The translations under genes were made by a program, and so were the position numbers. This document shows positions 41,685 through 52,916 of a DNA stretch of 64,000 nucleotides, piece after piece (position 1 is the stretch's first letter; each line of letters begins with the position of its first letter). The stretch is from Gemmatimonadales bacterium. Lineage in GTDB: Bacteria; Gemmatimonadota; Gemmatimonadetes; Gemmatimonadales; GWC2-71-9. The DNA lies in the NCBI GenBank assembly GCA_035553475.1, contig DATNDQ010000054.1:6478-70477 (forward strand), read 5' to 3'. Below the pieces are notes generated by a model. The model made no database searches. It was not told the origin of the DNA and saw only the letters and a program-made list of their open reading frames with translations.

Positions 41685-42455
41685 ATGCCCCTGGTCTCCA
41701 CGCCGGCGATCGTCCTCCAGACCTACCGGTACAGCGAAACCTCGAAAGTCGTCCGGCTCGCCACGCGCGATCTGGGAGTGCAAAGCGCGATCGCGAAGGG
41801 CGTGATGCGCCCGAAGAGCAAATTCGGAGCGGGGCTCGAGATCCTTGGGGAGGGCACCGCCCAGCTCTATTACCGGGAGACCCGCGAGCTCCAGACCCTC
41901 GGTGAGTTCGAGCTCGAAGTACTGCGCTTGGATCTGGCGCGGGATGTCGCCCGGTTTGCCGGTGCGACCGCGCTCGCCGAGGTGATGCTCAAGTCCGCGC
42001 CCCCCGCGGCGCTGCCGGCGGCGTATGAGGCGCTTGTCGCCGGGCTCGACGCCCTCGTGGCGGCGTCCGCCTGCGACATAGACGCGGCCGCGGTCCGCGC
42101 CCTCTGGCACCTGCTCGGCGTGCTGGGATTCGAGCCGGCCCTGACCAACTGCGTTCGGGATGGCACGCCCCTCGATCCGGATCCCACCACCCCGGTGCCG
42201 TTCTCCTCCGCCGAGGGGGGCGCATTCTGTCCGGCGTGCGCGCCGGCACGGGCGCCAACCCAACTGCCACCGCAGGCGTACCGGGATCTGGTGGCCCTGG
42301 GGTCGGACGGGGGACCACTCCCGTCGCTGGACGCCGCTCACGCGGCGGCGCATCGGCGGCTGGTCGTCCGTTTCGCCCGTCACCACCTGAGCGAGCCCAA
42401 CAAGCTGCCCGCCCTCGACTTCTGGGAGCACCATCGGTGGTCCGTCACGTCGTAG
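41685..42455 (+). CDS. recO: DNA repair protein RecO
   Basis: The ATG at 41685 gives MPLVSTPAIVLQTYRYSETSKVVRLATRDLGVQSAIAKG, an OB-fold N-terminus typical of RecO. A zinc-finger-like FCPAC lies in the C-terminal half. Confidence 0.85.
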   Translation: MPLVSTPAIVLQTYRYSETSKVVRLATRDLGVQSAIAKGVMRPKSKFGAGLEILGEGTAQLYYRETRELQTLGEFELEVLRLDLARDVARFAGATALAEVMLKSAPPAALPAAYEALVAGLDALVAASACDIDAAAVRALWHLLGVLGFEPALTNCVRDGTPLDPDPTTPVPFSSAEGGAFCPACAPARAPTQLPPQAYRDLVALGSDGGPLPSLDAAHAAAHRRLVVRFARHHLSEPNKLPALDFWEHHRWSVTS

Positions 42456-44326
42456 TCGGCACCGCCGGGCACATCGATCATGGCAAGACGGCGCTGGTGA
42501 AAGCACTCACGGGCGTCGACACCGACCGCTGGGCCGAGGAACAGCGGCGGGGCATCACCATCGACCTCGGATTCGCTCCCCTTCTACTCGATCACGAAAC
42601 GCAGGTCAGCATCGTGGACGTGCCCGGACACGAGGGGTTCGTCCGGAACATGCTGGCGGGCGCGACGGGCATCGATGCCGCTCTGCTGATCATCGCGGCG
42701 GACGAAGGCATCATGCCGCAGACCGAGGAGCACCTCGCCATCGTCGAGCTCCTGAGGGTCCGGCGCGGCGTGCCGGTACTCACCAAGCGCGATCTGGTGG
42801 ACGACGAGTGGTTGCAACTCCTCAGTGCCGAGGTGGCGGCTCGCCTGTCCAGGAGCCCCATTCGTTGGGAGCCTCCGGTGGCAACGTCAGCACGGACGGG
42901 CGCGGGGTTGCCCGAACTCCGCGAGGCCGTCGGACGGGTTGCCGTCGATGTGGCGGACCGTGTGGAACGCGACCTCTTTCGGCTCCCCGTGGACCGGGTG
43001 TTCACGCTCAAGGGCGCGGGGACGGTGGTCACCGGATCGACGTGGAGCGGCACGGTACGAGAGGGCGATACCGTTCGACTGCTTCCCCTTGATCGTGAAG
43101 TGCGGGTTCGCTCCATCGAGGCCCACGGGAGCACGCAGGCGCAGGCCATCCCCGGCAGGCGGACGGCGCTGGCATTGGTGGGTGTAGGGCACCAGGAGCT
43201 CGCGCGTGGACACGTGGTCGTGACGGGGAACGGATGGCGTCCGACACACCGCGTCGACGCGGCGCTGGAGCTCCTTCCGTCCGCACCGCGACCACTTACG
43301 GCGCGCACCCGCGTCCGCGTGCATTTGGGAACCGCGGAGGTGTTGGCGCGGGTCACACCAGTGGAAGCGGTCGCCCCCGGAGGCCGGGGAGTGGTTCGCC
43401 TTGCTTTCGAGGGACCACTGGTCGCTCGCGGCGGGGACCGCTTTGTGATCCGCTCCTACTCTCCAGTCGCGACCATCGGCGGGGGATCGATCATCGACCC
43501 GTATCCACCGGAAGCTCCGCGCCGTCTGCGGCAGCGCCGGCTGCCCTTCGAGTCGAGTCCGGGGGAGCGGCTGGCGGGGTGGGTGAAGGAGGCCCGTCTG
43601 TCCGGGCTCGCCACGAGCGACCTCCCGGTCCGCCTCGGCATCACTCCGGATGGGGTCGCCGAAGTCATCGCGCTGGCGGGGAAGAACGTACTTGAGACCG
43701 GAGATCGACTGGTATTTCGGTCCGCCGCATCTCGAGAAGCGGAGCGGCTCGGCGGCGTACTGGACTCGCATCACGCGTCGCACCCCCTCGACGCCGGGAT
43801 GTCACTGCAGGCGTTGCGCTCGAGTGTGGGGAATGGCGTGGCGACCGGCGACGCGGTGACCGATCAGGTCATCGATCTCGCACTCCGCAAGGGGATTCTT
43901 GAGATCGACGGGAGTCTGGCAAGGAGGCCAGGTTGGCGGGCTGCCGTGGCGGCGAGGGCAGACGGCGACGCCGGTCGCATTTCGGCGCATCTGGCGGCAG
44001 TCGAGTGGCGCATCCCGACTGTGTCGGAGTTAGAATCAGAGTTCGCAGGGCTTCCGGTGCGCGCTTTGCTGGCGCACCTCGTGCGTGGAGGTGGGGTAGT
44101 ACAGGTGGACCAGGAACGGTTTGCGGGTCCTGAAGCGCTCGAGCGCTTCCAGCGGACACTGGAGGGGGTGATCCGGGAGGTGGGGCCGGTGACACCGGCG
44201 GTACTTCGGGACCGGCTCGGGCTGACCCGCAAGTACTTGATACCGCTGCTTGAATGGGCGGACCGGCGGGGAGTTACCCGTCGAGAAGGGGACACCCGGG
44301 TTCTGGCCCGCTTGACACCCGGCTGA
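42437..44326 (+). CDS. selB: selenocysteine-specific translation elongation factor SelB
   Basis: The GTG at 42437 gives [26 protein letters not shown] (G1), then [15 protein letters not shown] and TKRD. EF-Tu-like domains II/III follow, then a long C-terminal winged-helix region ending [21 protein letters not shown]. Confidence 0.85.
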   Translation: MVRHVVVGTAGHIDHGKTALVKALTGVDTDRWAEEQRRGITIDLGFAPLLLDHETQVSIVDVPGHEGFVRNMLAGATGIDAALLIIAADEGIMPQTEEHLAIVELLRVRRGVPVLTKRDLVDDEWLQLLSAEVAARLSRSPIRWEPPVATSARTGAGLPELREAVGRVAVDVADRVERDLFRLPVDRVFTLKGAGTVVTGSTWSGTVREGDTVRLLPLDREVRVRSIEAHGSTQAQAIPGRRTALALVGVGHQELARGHVVVTGNGWRPTHRVDAALELLPSAPRPLTARTRVRVHLGTAEVLARVTPVEAVAPGGRGVVRLAFEGPLVARGGDRFVIRSYSPVATIGGGSIIDPYPPEAPRRLRQRRLPFESSPGERLAGWVKEARLSGLATSDLPVRLGITPDGVAEVIALAGKNVLETGDRLVFRSAASREAERLGGVLDSHHASHPLDAGMSLQALRSSVGNGVATGDAVTDQVIDLALRKGILEIDGSLARRPGWRAAVAARADGDAGRISAHLAAVEWRIPTVSELESEFAGLPVRALLAHLVRGGGVVQVDQERFAGPEALERFQRTLEGVIREVGPVTPAVLRDRLGLTRKYLIPLLEWADRRGVTRREGDTRVLARLTPG

Positions 44327-44435
44327 AACGTCCTCTAAGTTCTTACGTAGCTGTACATTGAAGTGTCCGGTGGAGCAATTCCGTCATCCAAAGGAGTAGG
44401 GTCTAACGCGCCTTTCTCGTTCGATAGGAGTTTTG

Positions 44436-44879
44436 ATGAAGCGGTATGCCTGGGCAGTGATGGGGCTCGGGCTGTGTACCATCGCAGCGGGGAGTGCTTG
44501 GGGTCAGGTCCCAGTCCCGAGTCAGGGGATGTCAAAACCCCCCGTGGAGTTGCGACAGAATTACCCGAACCCATTCAACCCGGCGACCACGATTCCCTTT
44601 ACGCTGGGCGGGAATCTGTTCGCAAATGGTCACCGGCCAAAAGTCTCGCTGAAGATTTACAACGTCCTCGCTCAGCTGGTTGCCATCCCGATTCTCCAGG
44701 GGACCGGCCAGCGGCTCGAGGAGGTGCAGGTGGATTGTGCGAACCCTCAGGGGTGCTCATTCACCGCGTACTGGGACGGGAACGTGAGGACCGGCCAACA
44801 GGCCTCCTCCGGTGTCTACATCTATCAGTTGGTGGTGGATGGACAGCGGTACACCAAGAAGATGCTGATCATGAAATGA
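44436..44879 (+). CDS. small secreted protein consisting essentially of a T9SS type-A sorting / FlgD-Ig-like C-terminal domain
   Basis: The RBS TAGGAG lies 5 nt upstream of the ATG at 44436. The signal peptide is MKRYAWAVMGLGLCTIAAGSAWG. Next comes LRQNYPNPFNPATTIPFTL...VSLKIYNVLAQLV...SGVYIYQLVVDGQRYTKKMLIM, the classic Por_Secre_tail/FlgD-like pattern. Confidence 0.7.
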   Translation: MKRYAWAVMGLGLCTIAAGSAWGQVPVPSQGMSKPPVELRQNYPNPFNPATTIPFTLGGNLFANGHRPKVSLKIYNVLAQLVAIPILQGTGQRLEEVQVDCANPQGCSFTAYWDGNVRTGQQASSGVYIYQLVVDGQRYTKKMLIMK

Positions 44880-44895
44880 CGTCGCACGGAACGAC

Positions 44896-44928
44896 AAAGG
44901 GGGCGCCTTGGCGCCCCCTTTTGTTTTT
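44896..44928. terminator. bidirectional intrinsic terminator
   Basis: AAAGGGGGCGCC-TT-GGCGCCCCCTTT forms a perfect hairpin (44896-44921). It is followed by TGTTTTT and preceded by an A-rich run. It lies between convergent genes ending at 44879 (+) and 44941 (-). Confidence 0.75.
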
Positions 44929-44940
44929 CGGCTCCTGCCC

Positions 44941-46956
44941 TTAGTGCCCGCGGTTCAACACCACGTACTTCACGTCGTCGGCCCCGATGCGCTTCAGCCA
45001 ATCCACGAGCACGCCGACCTTGTCGGGTGCCTGGATGCCGGGTGCACCAACCAACCGCCGCGTGATTCGAAGCACCCGACCATCCTGACGGTACTCGGCC
45101 GTGTAGCGTCCGAAGACACTGGAGGCTTCCACGTTCGGCGGGAGCTGCGCCGTCCACCCGACGGGGAGTGTCACTTCGAGGGAGGACGACTCCTCGTGGG
45201 GCGCGCCATCCCGGCCCCAGAAGTCGATGGGGAAGCGGCGTGCCGGACGTCCTGCGAGATCGGTGACCAGCTTCGGCGTCGCGTAGTCGTGCAACGGAAG
45301 CGTGAGAATGTCAGTCGCCCCCGCCATCGCCGCCGGCTTTCCACCGTGGAAAGTCAGCTGCACGTACGGCCGCGCTTTCCAATCCCGTCCATCGAAGATC
45401 TGGAGCGAATCGGGAACGGCATCGGGCACGATCTCGCTCGCGATGCGCTGAGCCAGACGGGACCGGTCGTTGGGATCCAGCTCGTTGGTGAAGGCACCGC
45501 GCAGTCCATACTGACGGGTCCCGGTCTGGAGCTCCGAGTACAGGCCCTGCATGGTTCCGTCGGGAAGCAGCTCACCGACCAGCTGATCGTCATCGCGGTT
45601 CGCGCCGATGGAGTCTTTCGGGAACGTGACCTGCTCCGCGCGTCCATCCGGATGGACCAGCAGCCCGAACTCGCCCTGTTCGGCGGGGGGCAGGGAGCCG
45701 TAGGGAGTGAGGTCGCTCGTCAAGTCGACGAAGAGATAACCGCCCCAGGGGCGCTCGACCGCGGCGATCATGTGATCGAACGCGTCGACTGTCGGGACGG
45801 TACGATCCACACCGCCGACACTCGACAGCAGGACGGGGAATGCCTTGAGTCCCATCTGCCGGGCGAGCGCGACGAACATCGTCGCCTTGTCCTTGCAGTC
45901 ACCGTACTTGGTGGTGAGGACGTCGGCGGGATAGCGGGGCTGGTAGCCGCCGATGCCCAGGGAGAGCGAAACGTACCGGAAGTCCTGGGCCACCCAGCGG
46001 GCCGCGGCGCGCAGCGAGTCGTCCTGCGTCTTGGCCCCCGCGAGCTGCTCGCGGAACGCCGTCACCACCGCTGGCGTAGTCACGAACCGGTCCTTCGAGA
46101 GACCGGCAAACCACTTCGCGATGTCATCCCAATGCAGTGGTGACGCGATTTCGATGGTCTGCACCACGCCATTCGAGTCGGCGGCGAAGGGCTCGCCGTC
46201 CCAGGGCTGCACCTCCGCGGTCGCCCACAGATATACCGCCCGTCCGTTGGCGCGGGTGACCTCGCGCTTGAACGTCAGGTTCCGTTCCTTGATGGTTGGC
46301 TGGAGATCCGCCGGGAGATCGACGAGGTACCGCGAGCGGCGGACCAACCGGCCCGTGGTAACCCTCCACGAGTTCCGGAAGTCCCCGGGCATGATCGGGG
46401 CGATCGTCTGAATGGTGTAACTGTAGTCGACGATCGTGTTGGGCGCGACGCCGCCGAGGGAGACGCGGTGCTCCCGGACGTCGGAGAACACGGGTGCCTC
46501 CTGCGCCACCGGCGCGATCCCTTCCTGTTCGTGCACCGGCTTGTCGCTGATCAGCTTGCCGTCCGCGGAAAGCACCCGGAGCCAGTTGATGGTGAGTCGC
46601 TCGCGGCTCGAGTCGTAGTCGAAGGTCTGTTCGCCGAACTGCTCCGCCGCCTCGCGCGTGAAGACCTGCACCACCTGCCGGTACGTCCGGGATCCCGTGC
46701 CGTCCTTGTTGTACGTAATCACGCCGTCGTCCAGGAGCAGGACGTAGTCCTCTCCCTTGTGGTCCACCGGATTGACGGCCAGCCGGTAGATCGAGTCATC
46801 CTTGACGGACGGATCGCCGGCGGGGGTGATGTGAGGGGCCTGAGCCGCCAGGGGGGCGGAGGCCAGAATTCCCAGGGCCAGCAGGGCGGAAGCACGAACC
46901 ACGAAACGACTCCAAAAGGGATGGTGTGAATTATACGCCGAAGACCCGAAAGGCAT
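44941..46956 (-). CDS. transglutaminase-like domain protein (DUF3857/DUF3858-type architecture)
   Basis: The 671-aa ORF has the signal peptide VVRASALLALGILASAPLAAQA. The transglutaminase-core Cys motif is TTKYGDCKDKATMFVALARQMGL. Long N- and C-terminal flanks resemble DUF3857/3858 proteins. Confidence 0.78.
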   Translation of the reverse strand: MPFGSSAYNSHHPFWSRFVVRASALLALGILASAPLAAQAPHITPAGDPSVKDDSIYRLAVNPVDHKGEDYVLLLDDGVITYNKDGTGSRTYRQVVQVFTREAAEQFGEQTFDYDSSRERLTINWLRVLSADGKLISDKPVHEQEGIAPVAQEAPVFSDVREHRVSLGGVAPNTIVDYSYTIQTIAPIMPGDFRNSWRVTTGRLVRRSRYLVDLPADLQPTIKERNLTFKREVTRANGRAVYLWATAEVQPWDGEPFAADSNGVVQTIEIASPLHWDDIAKWFAGLSKDRFVTTPAVVTAFREQLAGAKTQDDSLRAAARWVAQDFRYVSLSLGIGGYQPRYPADVLTTKYGDCKDKATMFVALARQMGLKAFPVLLSSVGGVDRTVPTVDAFDHMIAAVERPWGGYLFVDLTSDLTPYGSLPPAEQGEFGLLVHPDGRAEQVTFPKDSIGANRDDDQLVGELLPDGTMQGLYSELQTGTRQYGLRGAFTNELDPNDRSRLAQRIASEIVPDAVPDSLQIFDGRDWKARPYVQLTFHGGKPAAMAGATDILTLPLHDYATPKLVTDLAGRPARRFPIDFWGRDGAPHEESSSLEVTLPVGWTAQLPPNVEASSVFGRYTAEYRQDGRVLRITRRLVGAPGIQAPDKVGVLVDWLKRIGADDVKYVVLNRGH

Positions 46957-47036
46957 TCATCAGGTCCTTTTGACTTACGCCCTGCCCATCTGACACCTTT
47001 CTTCCGGTATGGAGGTTGCCTTAACCCCGGACCGAC

Positions 47037-50324
<3,288 letters not shown>

Positions 50325-50382
50325 GGCGTCTCCTTCCATATAGGAGACTGGTACGCCAATCAGGGTGGTGGAGTTTCGGAAA

Positions 50383-51546
50383 TCACCCCCGCACGGTCTC
50401 CGCGAGCGCCTTGAGCGCCTGGTCGAGCTGATCGTCGGTGACGTACGGCGCGGGGCCCAGGCGCAGGATGTCGTGCCGGGCGTCCACATAAATGCCCTTG
50501 GCCCGAAGGGCCTTCGCAAGATCCGTCGCGGAGGGCGTCCGCAAGGCGAGGAATCCCGCGATGCCGTCGAGTCCATGAACGACGCGCGTAATGACCTTGG
50601 GGTCGAGCGCCAGCTCGTCGAAGCCGTGCGCGAGGCGGCTGATCTGCCGCTTGTTGAGCTCGCGCAGCCGCTCCGGCGTCAGCTGCTGGTCGCTGAAGAA
50701 CCGGAGCACCTCGGCGGCGCGGTAATGACTCGTCGGATCGTAGGTCGAGCCCGCGAAGCGCGCCGGACCGCTGCCGTATTGCACCTTGCCGGTGGCTTTG
50801 GATTCGAGGTGCTCGAACTCGCTATACCACCCGGTGACCACCGGTCGCATGTCGGTATCGGAGGGGAACCGCAGAAAGCAGTTGCCTTCGCCCATCTGAC
50901 AGTACTTGTAGCCGCCCCCGAGGATGTACGCGCTGGTCAGCCCGAGGTTCGGAATCGGGAACGGGATGACGTTGACGGCGTGATACGCGTCGATCAGGCA
51001 CTCCACGCCGGCGCCGCGGCAGGCCGCCGCGATGCTCCCGAGACCCGGCACGATTTCGGCGGTCTCGAAGAGCACCGCGGAAAGCAGCACCGCGGCCGTG
51101 CCGGCCGTGATCTCCTTACGCACCCGCTCCGCCAGGCTCGCCACGGGATGGGCGGGGACCCGCACGATGGCGACGCCTTCCTCTCCCAGGCGATCGAGCT
51201 GCCGCCGAAGCGAATGGAATTCGCCGTCCGTGGTGACGAGCCGTCGTTTCGACTTCAGGGGAAGCCCGGAGAGGAACCGAACGAGCAGTTCGTGGGTCGA
51301 GGCGCCGAGGGCGATCTGGTCCGCTTCGTCGTGCAGGAGGCGCGCGAAGCCGCGGCGGACCGCGCCGGCCATCGCGAACGCCCGTTCCCATTTGTCGTCC
51401 ACCAGCTCGGCGGCGTCGATCCAGGCACGCGACTGGCCTTCGAAGCCGTGGTCCGGCCACGCCTGGTGTGAGTGCCCGGTGAGGAGCACGCGTTCCGTGA
51501 CGCGGAACCGCGTGTAATGGCGGGTGAGCGATTTCGGGTCGATCAC
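50383..51546 (-). CDS. kynU: kynureninase-like PLP-dependent enzyme (aminotransferase class V fold)
   Basis: This is the C-terminal 387 aa of ORF 50383..51726. Motifs: LLTGHSHQAWPD, DAYHAVNVIPF, GGGYKYCQMGEGNCFL (PLP-Lys region) and RLGPAPYVTDDQL. The GTG at 51546 overlaps the TDO TGA, so the two genes are translationally coupled. Confidence 0.7.
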   Translation of the reverse strand: MIDPKSLTRHYTRFRVTERVLLTGHSHQAWPDHGFEGQSRAWIDAAELVDDKWERAFAMAGAVRRGFARLLHDEADQIALGASTHELLVRFLSGLPLKSKRRLVTTDGEFHSLRRQLDRLGEEGVAIVRVPAHPVASLAERVRKEITAGTAAVLLSAVLFETAEIVPGLGSIAAACRGAGVECLIDAYHAVNVIPFPIPNLGLTSAYILGGGYKYCQMGEGNCFLRFPSDTDMRPVVTGWYSEFEHLESKATGKVQYGSGPARFAGSTYDPTSHYRAAEVLRFFSDQQLTPERLRELNKRQISRLAHGFDELALDPKVITRVVHGLDGIAGFLALRTPSATDLAKALRAKGIYVDARHDILRLGPAPYVTDDQLDQALKALAETVRG

Positions 51547-52346
51547 AGCTCGGTGCGAATTTCCCAGAGGTCGGGGAAGGCGGGCCGGTTCAGCGTCGTC
51601 GCCAGGTATTCGGCGCCCGCCGAGCCTCCCGTACCGCGGCGGGTGCCGATGGTGCGCTGGACCATCTTTACGTGCCGGTAGCGCCACTCCTGGAGACCCT
51701 CGTCGAGGTCCACCATGCGCTCGCACAGCGAGGCGAGCCCGGAGTCTTTCCGGTAGACCCGGATCAGGACGTCCTGTACAGCTGCGGTTGGTTCGATCGC
51801 AGCGGTGAAGACCCGGCGCTCGGGGACCTGGTGTCCGTTCCGGTTGAGGCAGGCGAGAAAGGCATCCCAGAGCGTGGGATCATGTATCCGTTGCTCGACG
51901 GCCTTTCGCGCCGCACTTCCGGATGGGTAACGGTCGAGAGACTTGGGATTCTTGTTGCCGAGGACGCACTCGAGCTCGCGGAACTGGTGCGACTGGAAGC
52001 CGCTCCCGGACTCCAGACGGTCCCGGAACGACAGGAACTCGAGTGGCGTCATGGTTTCGAGGATGTCGATCTGGGCGACCAGGACCTTCAGGATGGTGAG
52101 GATCCGCTTGAAGGTGTGTCCGGCGCGGGCAAGGTCACTCTCCCGGAGGAGCTTCTGGAGGTAGTCGAGCTCGTGGAGGAGTTCCTTGAACCAGAGCTCG
52201 TAGACCTGATGGATCACGATGAAGAGCATCTCATCATGCTCCGGCCCCTCGGAAAGAGGCTTCTGGAGCGCGAGCAGCTCATCCAGTTTCAGGTAGCTCG
52301 AGTACGTGACTGCCATCCGGGGATTCCGCGTGGGAGATGTGCCCAC
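51543..52346 (-). CDS. kynA: tryptophan 2,3-dioxygenase
   Basis: The motifs YSSYLKLDELLALQKPLSEGPEHDEMLFIVIHQVYELWFKELLHEL, SGFQSHQFRELE and EWRYRHVKMVQRTIGTRRGTGGSAGAEYL are hallmark TDO motifs. The start is either the GTG at 52346 or the ATG at 52317. Confidence 0.9.
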   Translation of the reverse strand: MGTSPTRNPRMAVTYSSYLKLDELLALQKPLSEGPEHDEMLFIVIHQVYELWFKELLHELDYLQKLLRESDLARAGHTFKRILTILKVLVAQIDILETMTPLEFLSFRDRLESGSGFQSHQFRELECVLGNKNPKSLDRYPSGSAARKAVEQRIHDPTLWDAFLACLNRNGHQVPERRVFTAAIEPTAAVQDVLIRVYRKDSGLASLCERMVDLDEGLQEWRYRHVKMVQRTIGTRRGTGGSAGAEYLATTLNRPAFPDLWEIRTEL

Positions 52347-52391
52347 AAACTAGGGAGCACTTCACCCGTAAGCGATAGCCAACTAGTTTGT
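52345..52391. promoter_or_regulatory. 9-bp inverted repeat ACAAACTAG-N29-CTAGTTTGT at the kynA 5' end
   Basis: ACAAACTAG (52345-52353) and CTAGTTTGT (52383-52391) are perfect reverse complements. The repeat straddles the region immediately upstream of, or overlapping, the candidate kynA start codons. It could be an operator or a 5'-UTR hairpin. Confidence 0.3.
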
Positions 52392-52410
52392 AGGCGGCTA
52401 GCGACCAGGC

Positions 52411-52434
52411 AGACGGCTAGACGTCCAGACGGCT
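52411..52434. repeat. distal degenerate 8-mer array A (AGACGGCT AGACGTCC AGACGGCT)
   Basis: Three contiguous 8-mers of the form AGACGNCN. The block begins 72 nt upstream of the proximal array. A near-identical block lies at 52660-52683. Confidence 0.7.
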
Positions 52435-52482
52435 AGCGGTGGTGAGTGTTCAGGATAGAGGACTACCCGAAGGGGCGGTCCT

Positions 52483-52514
52483 AGACGTCTAGACGTCTGT
52501 CCGTCTAGACGTCT
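52483..52514. repeat. proximal tandem 8-mer array A: AGACGTCT AGACGTCT GTCCGTCT AGACGTCT
   Basis: Four head-to-tail 8-mers, three of them the perfect palindrome AGACGTCT. The array ends 9 nt before the tRNA-Ser(GGA) 5' end. Confidence 0.9.
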
Positions 52515-52523
52515 GGTATTTTG

Positions 52524-52610
52524 GGACGGGTGGCCGAGTGGCTTATGGCACACGCCTGGAAAGCGTGTAAACGGGAAACCGTTTCGTGGGTTCGAATCCC
52601 ACCCTGTCCG
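52524..52610 (+). tRNA. tRNA-Ser (anticodon GGA)
   Basis: Manual cloverleaf: acceptor GGACGGG/CCTGTCC (one G-U pair), D stem GCC/GGC, anticodon stem CACGC/GCGTG with loop CTGGAAA. The long variable arm is AAACGG-GAAA-CCGTTT, the T arm GTGGG-TTCGAAT-CCCAC, and the discriminator G. CCA is not encoded. Length 87 nt. Confidence 0.9.
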
Positions 52611-52659
52611 TACTGACATGGAAGTGGGACGGAGACAGCGAGAACCAAGACGGTCAGGC

Positions 52660-52683
52660 AGACGGCTAGACGCCCAGACGACC
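52660..52683. repeat. distal degenerate 8-mer array B (AGACGGCT AGACGCCC AGACGACC)
   Basis: Paralogous to 52411-52434. The shared context is CAGGCAGACGGCTAGACG(T/C)CCAGACG. Confidence 0.7.
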
Positions 52684-52740
52684 AGTGGGTCCTAGGCGGC
52701 AGAGTTACAGGAAGTCATTCTTGGGTGTTTCGTTTTTTCT

Positions 52741-52772
52741 AGCCGTCTGAACGTCTAGACGTCTAGACGTCT
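52741..52772. repeat. proximal tandem 8-mer array B: AGCCGTCT GAACGTCT AGACGTCT AGACGTCT
   Basis: Four head-to-tail 8-mers ending 8 nt before the tRNA-Ser(CGA) 5' end. The last 21 nt (GTCTAGACGTCTAGACGTCTGGTA context) match array A. Confidence 0.9.
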
Positions 52773-52780
52773 GGTAGTTA

Positions 52781-52867
52781 GGACAGGTGCCCGAGTGGCT
52801 GAAGGGGCCGGTCTCGAAAACCGGTAAGCCGGCAACGGTTTCGTGGGTTCGAATCCCACCCTGTCCG
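52781..52867 (+). tRNA. tRNA-Ser (anticodon CGA)
   Basis: Manual cloverleaf: acceptor GGACAGG/CCTGTCC, D stem CCC/GGG, anticodon stem CCGGT/ACCGG with loop CTCGAAA. A long variable arm is present, the T arm is GTGGG-TTCGAAT-CCCAC and the discriminator is G. Length 87 nt. The 3' third is identical to the tRNA at 52524. Confidence 0.9.
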
Positions 52868-52916
52868 TCCGCAGTTCGAGCCGTAGCTTAGGGGCCGTCC
52901 CTCCCGGGAGGTTCTG

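Noticed and set aside
46957-47036. Sigma-32-like heat-shock promoter upstream of clpB (TTGAC at 46970, CCCATCT at 46985)
   Set aside because: The two elements are separated by only about 9-10 nt, much shorter than the 13-15 nt spacing of characterised sigma-32 promoters. No convincing sigma-70 -10 element is present either. The evidence is too weak to annotate.
52524-52867. Possibility that one of the long-variable-arm tRNAs is tRNA-Sec, given selB in the window
   Set aside because: The anticodon loops read CTGGAAA and CTCGAAA, giving anticodons GGA and CGA rather than TCA. The acceptor stems are 7 bp and the D arms are standard Ser type. Both are ordinary tRNA-Ser.
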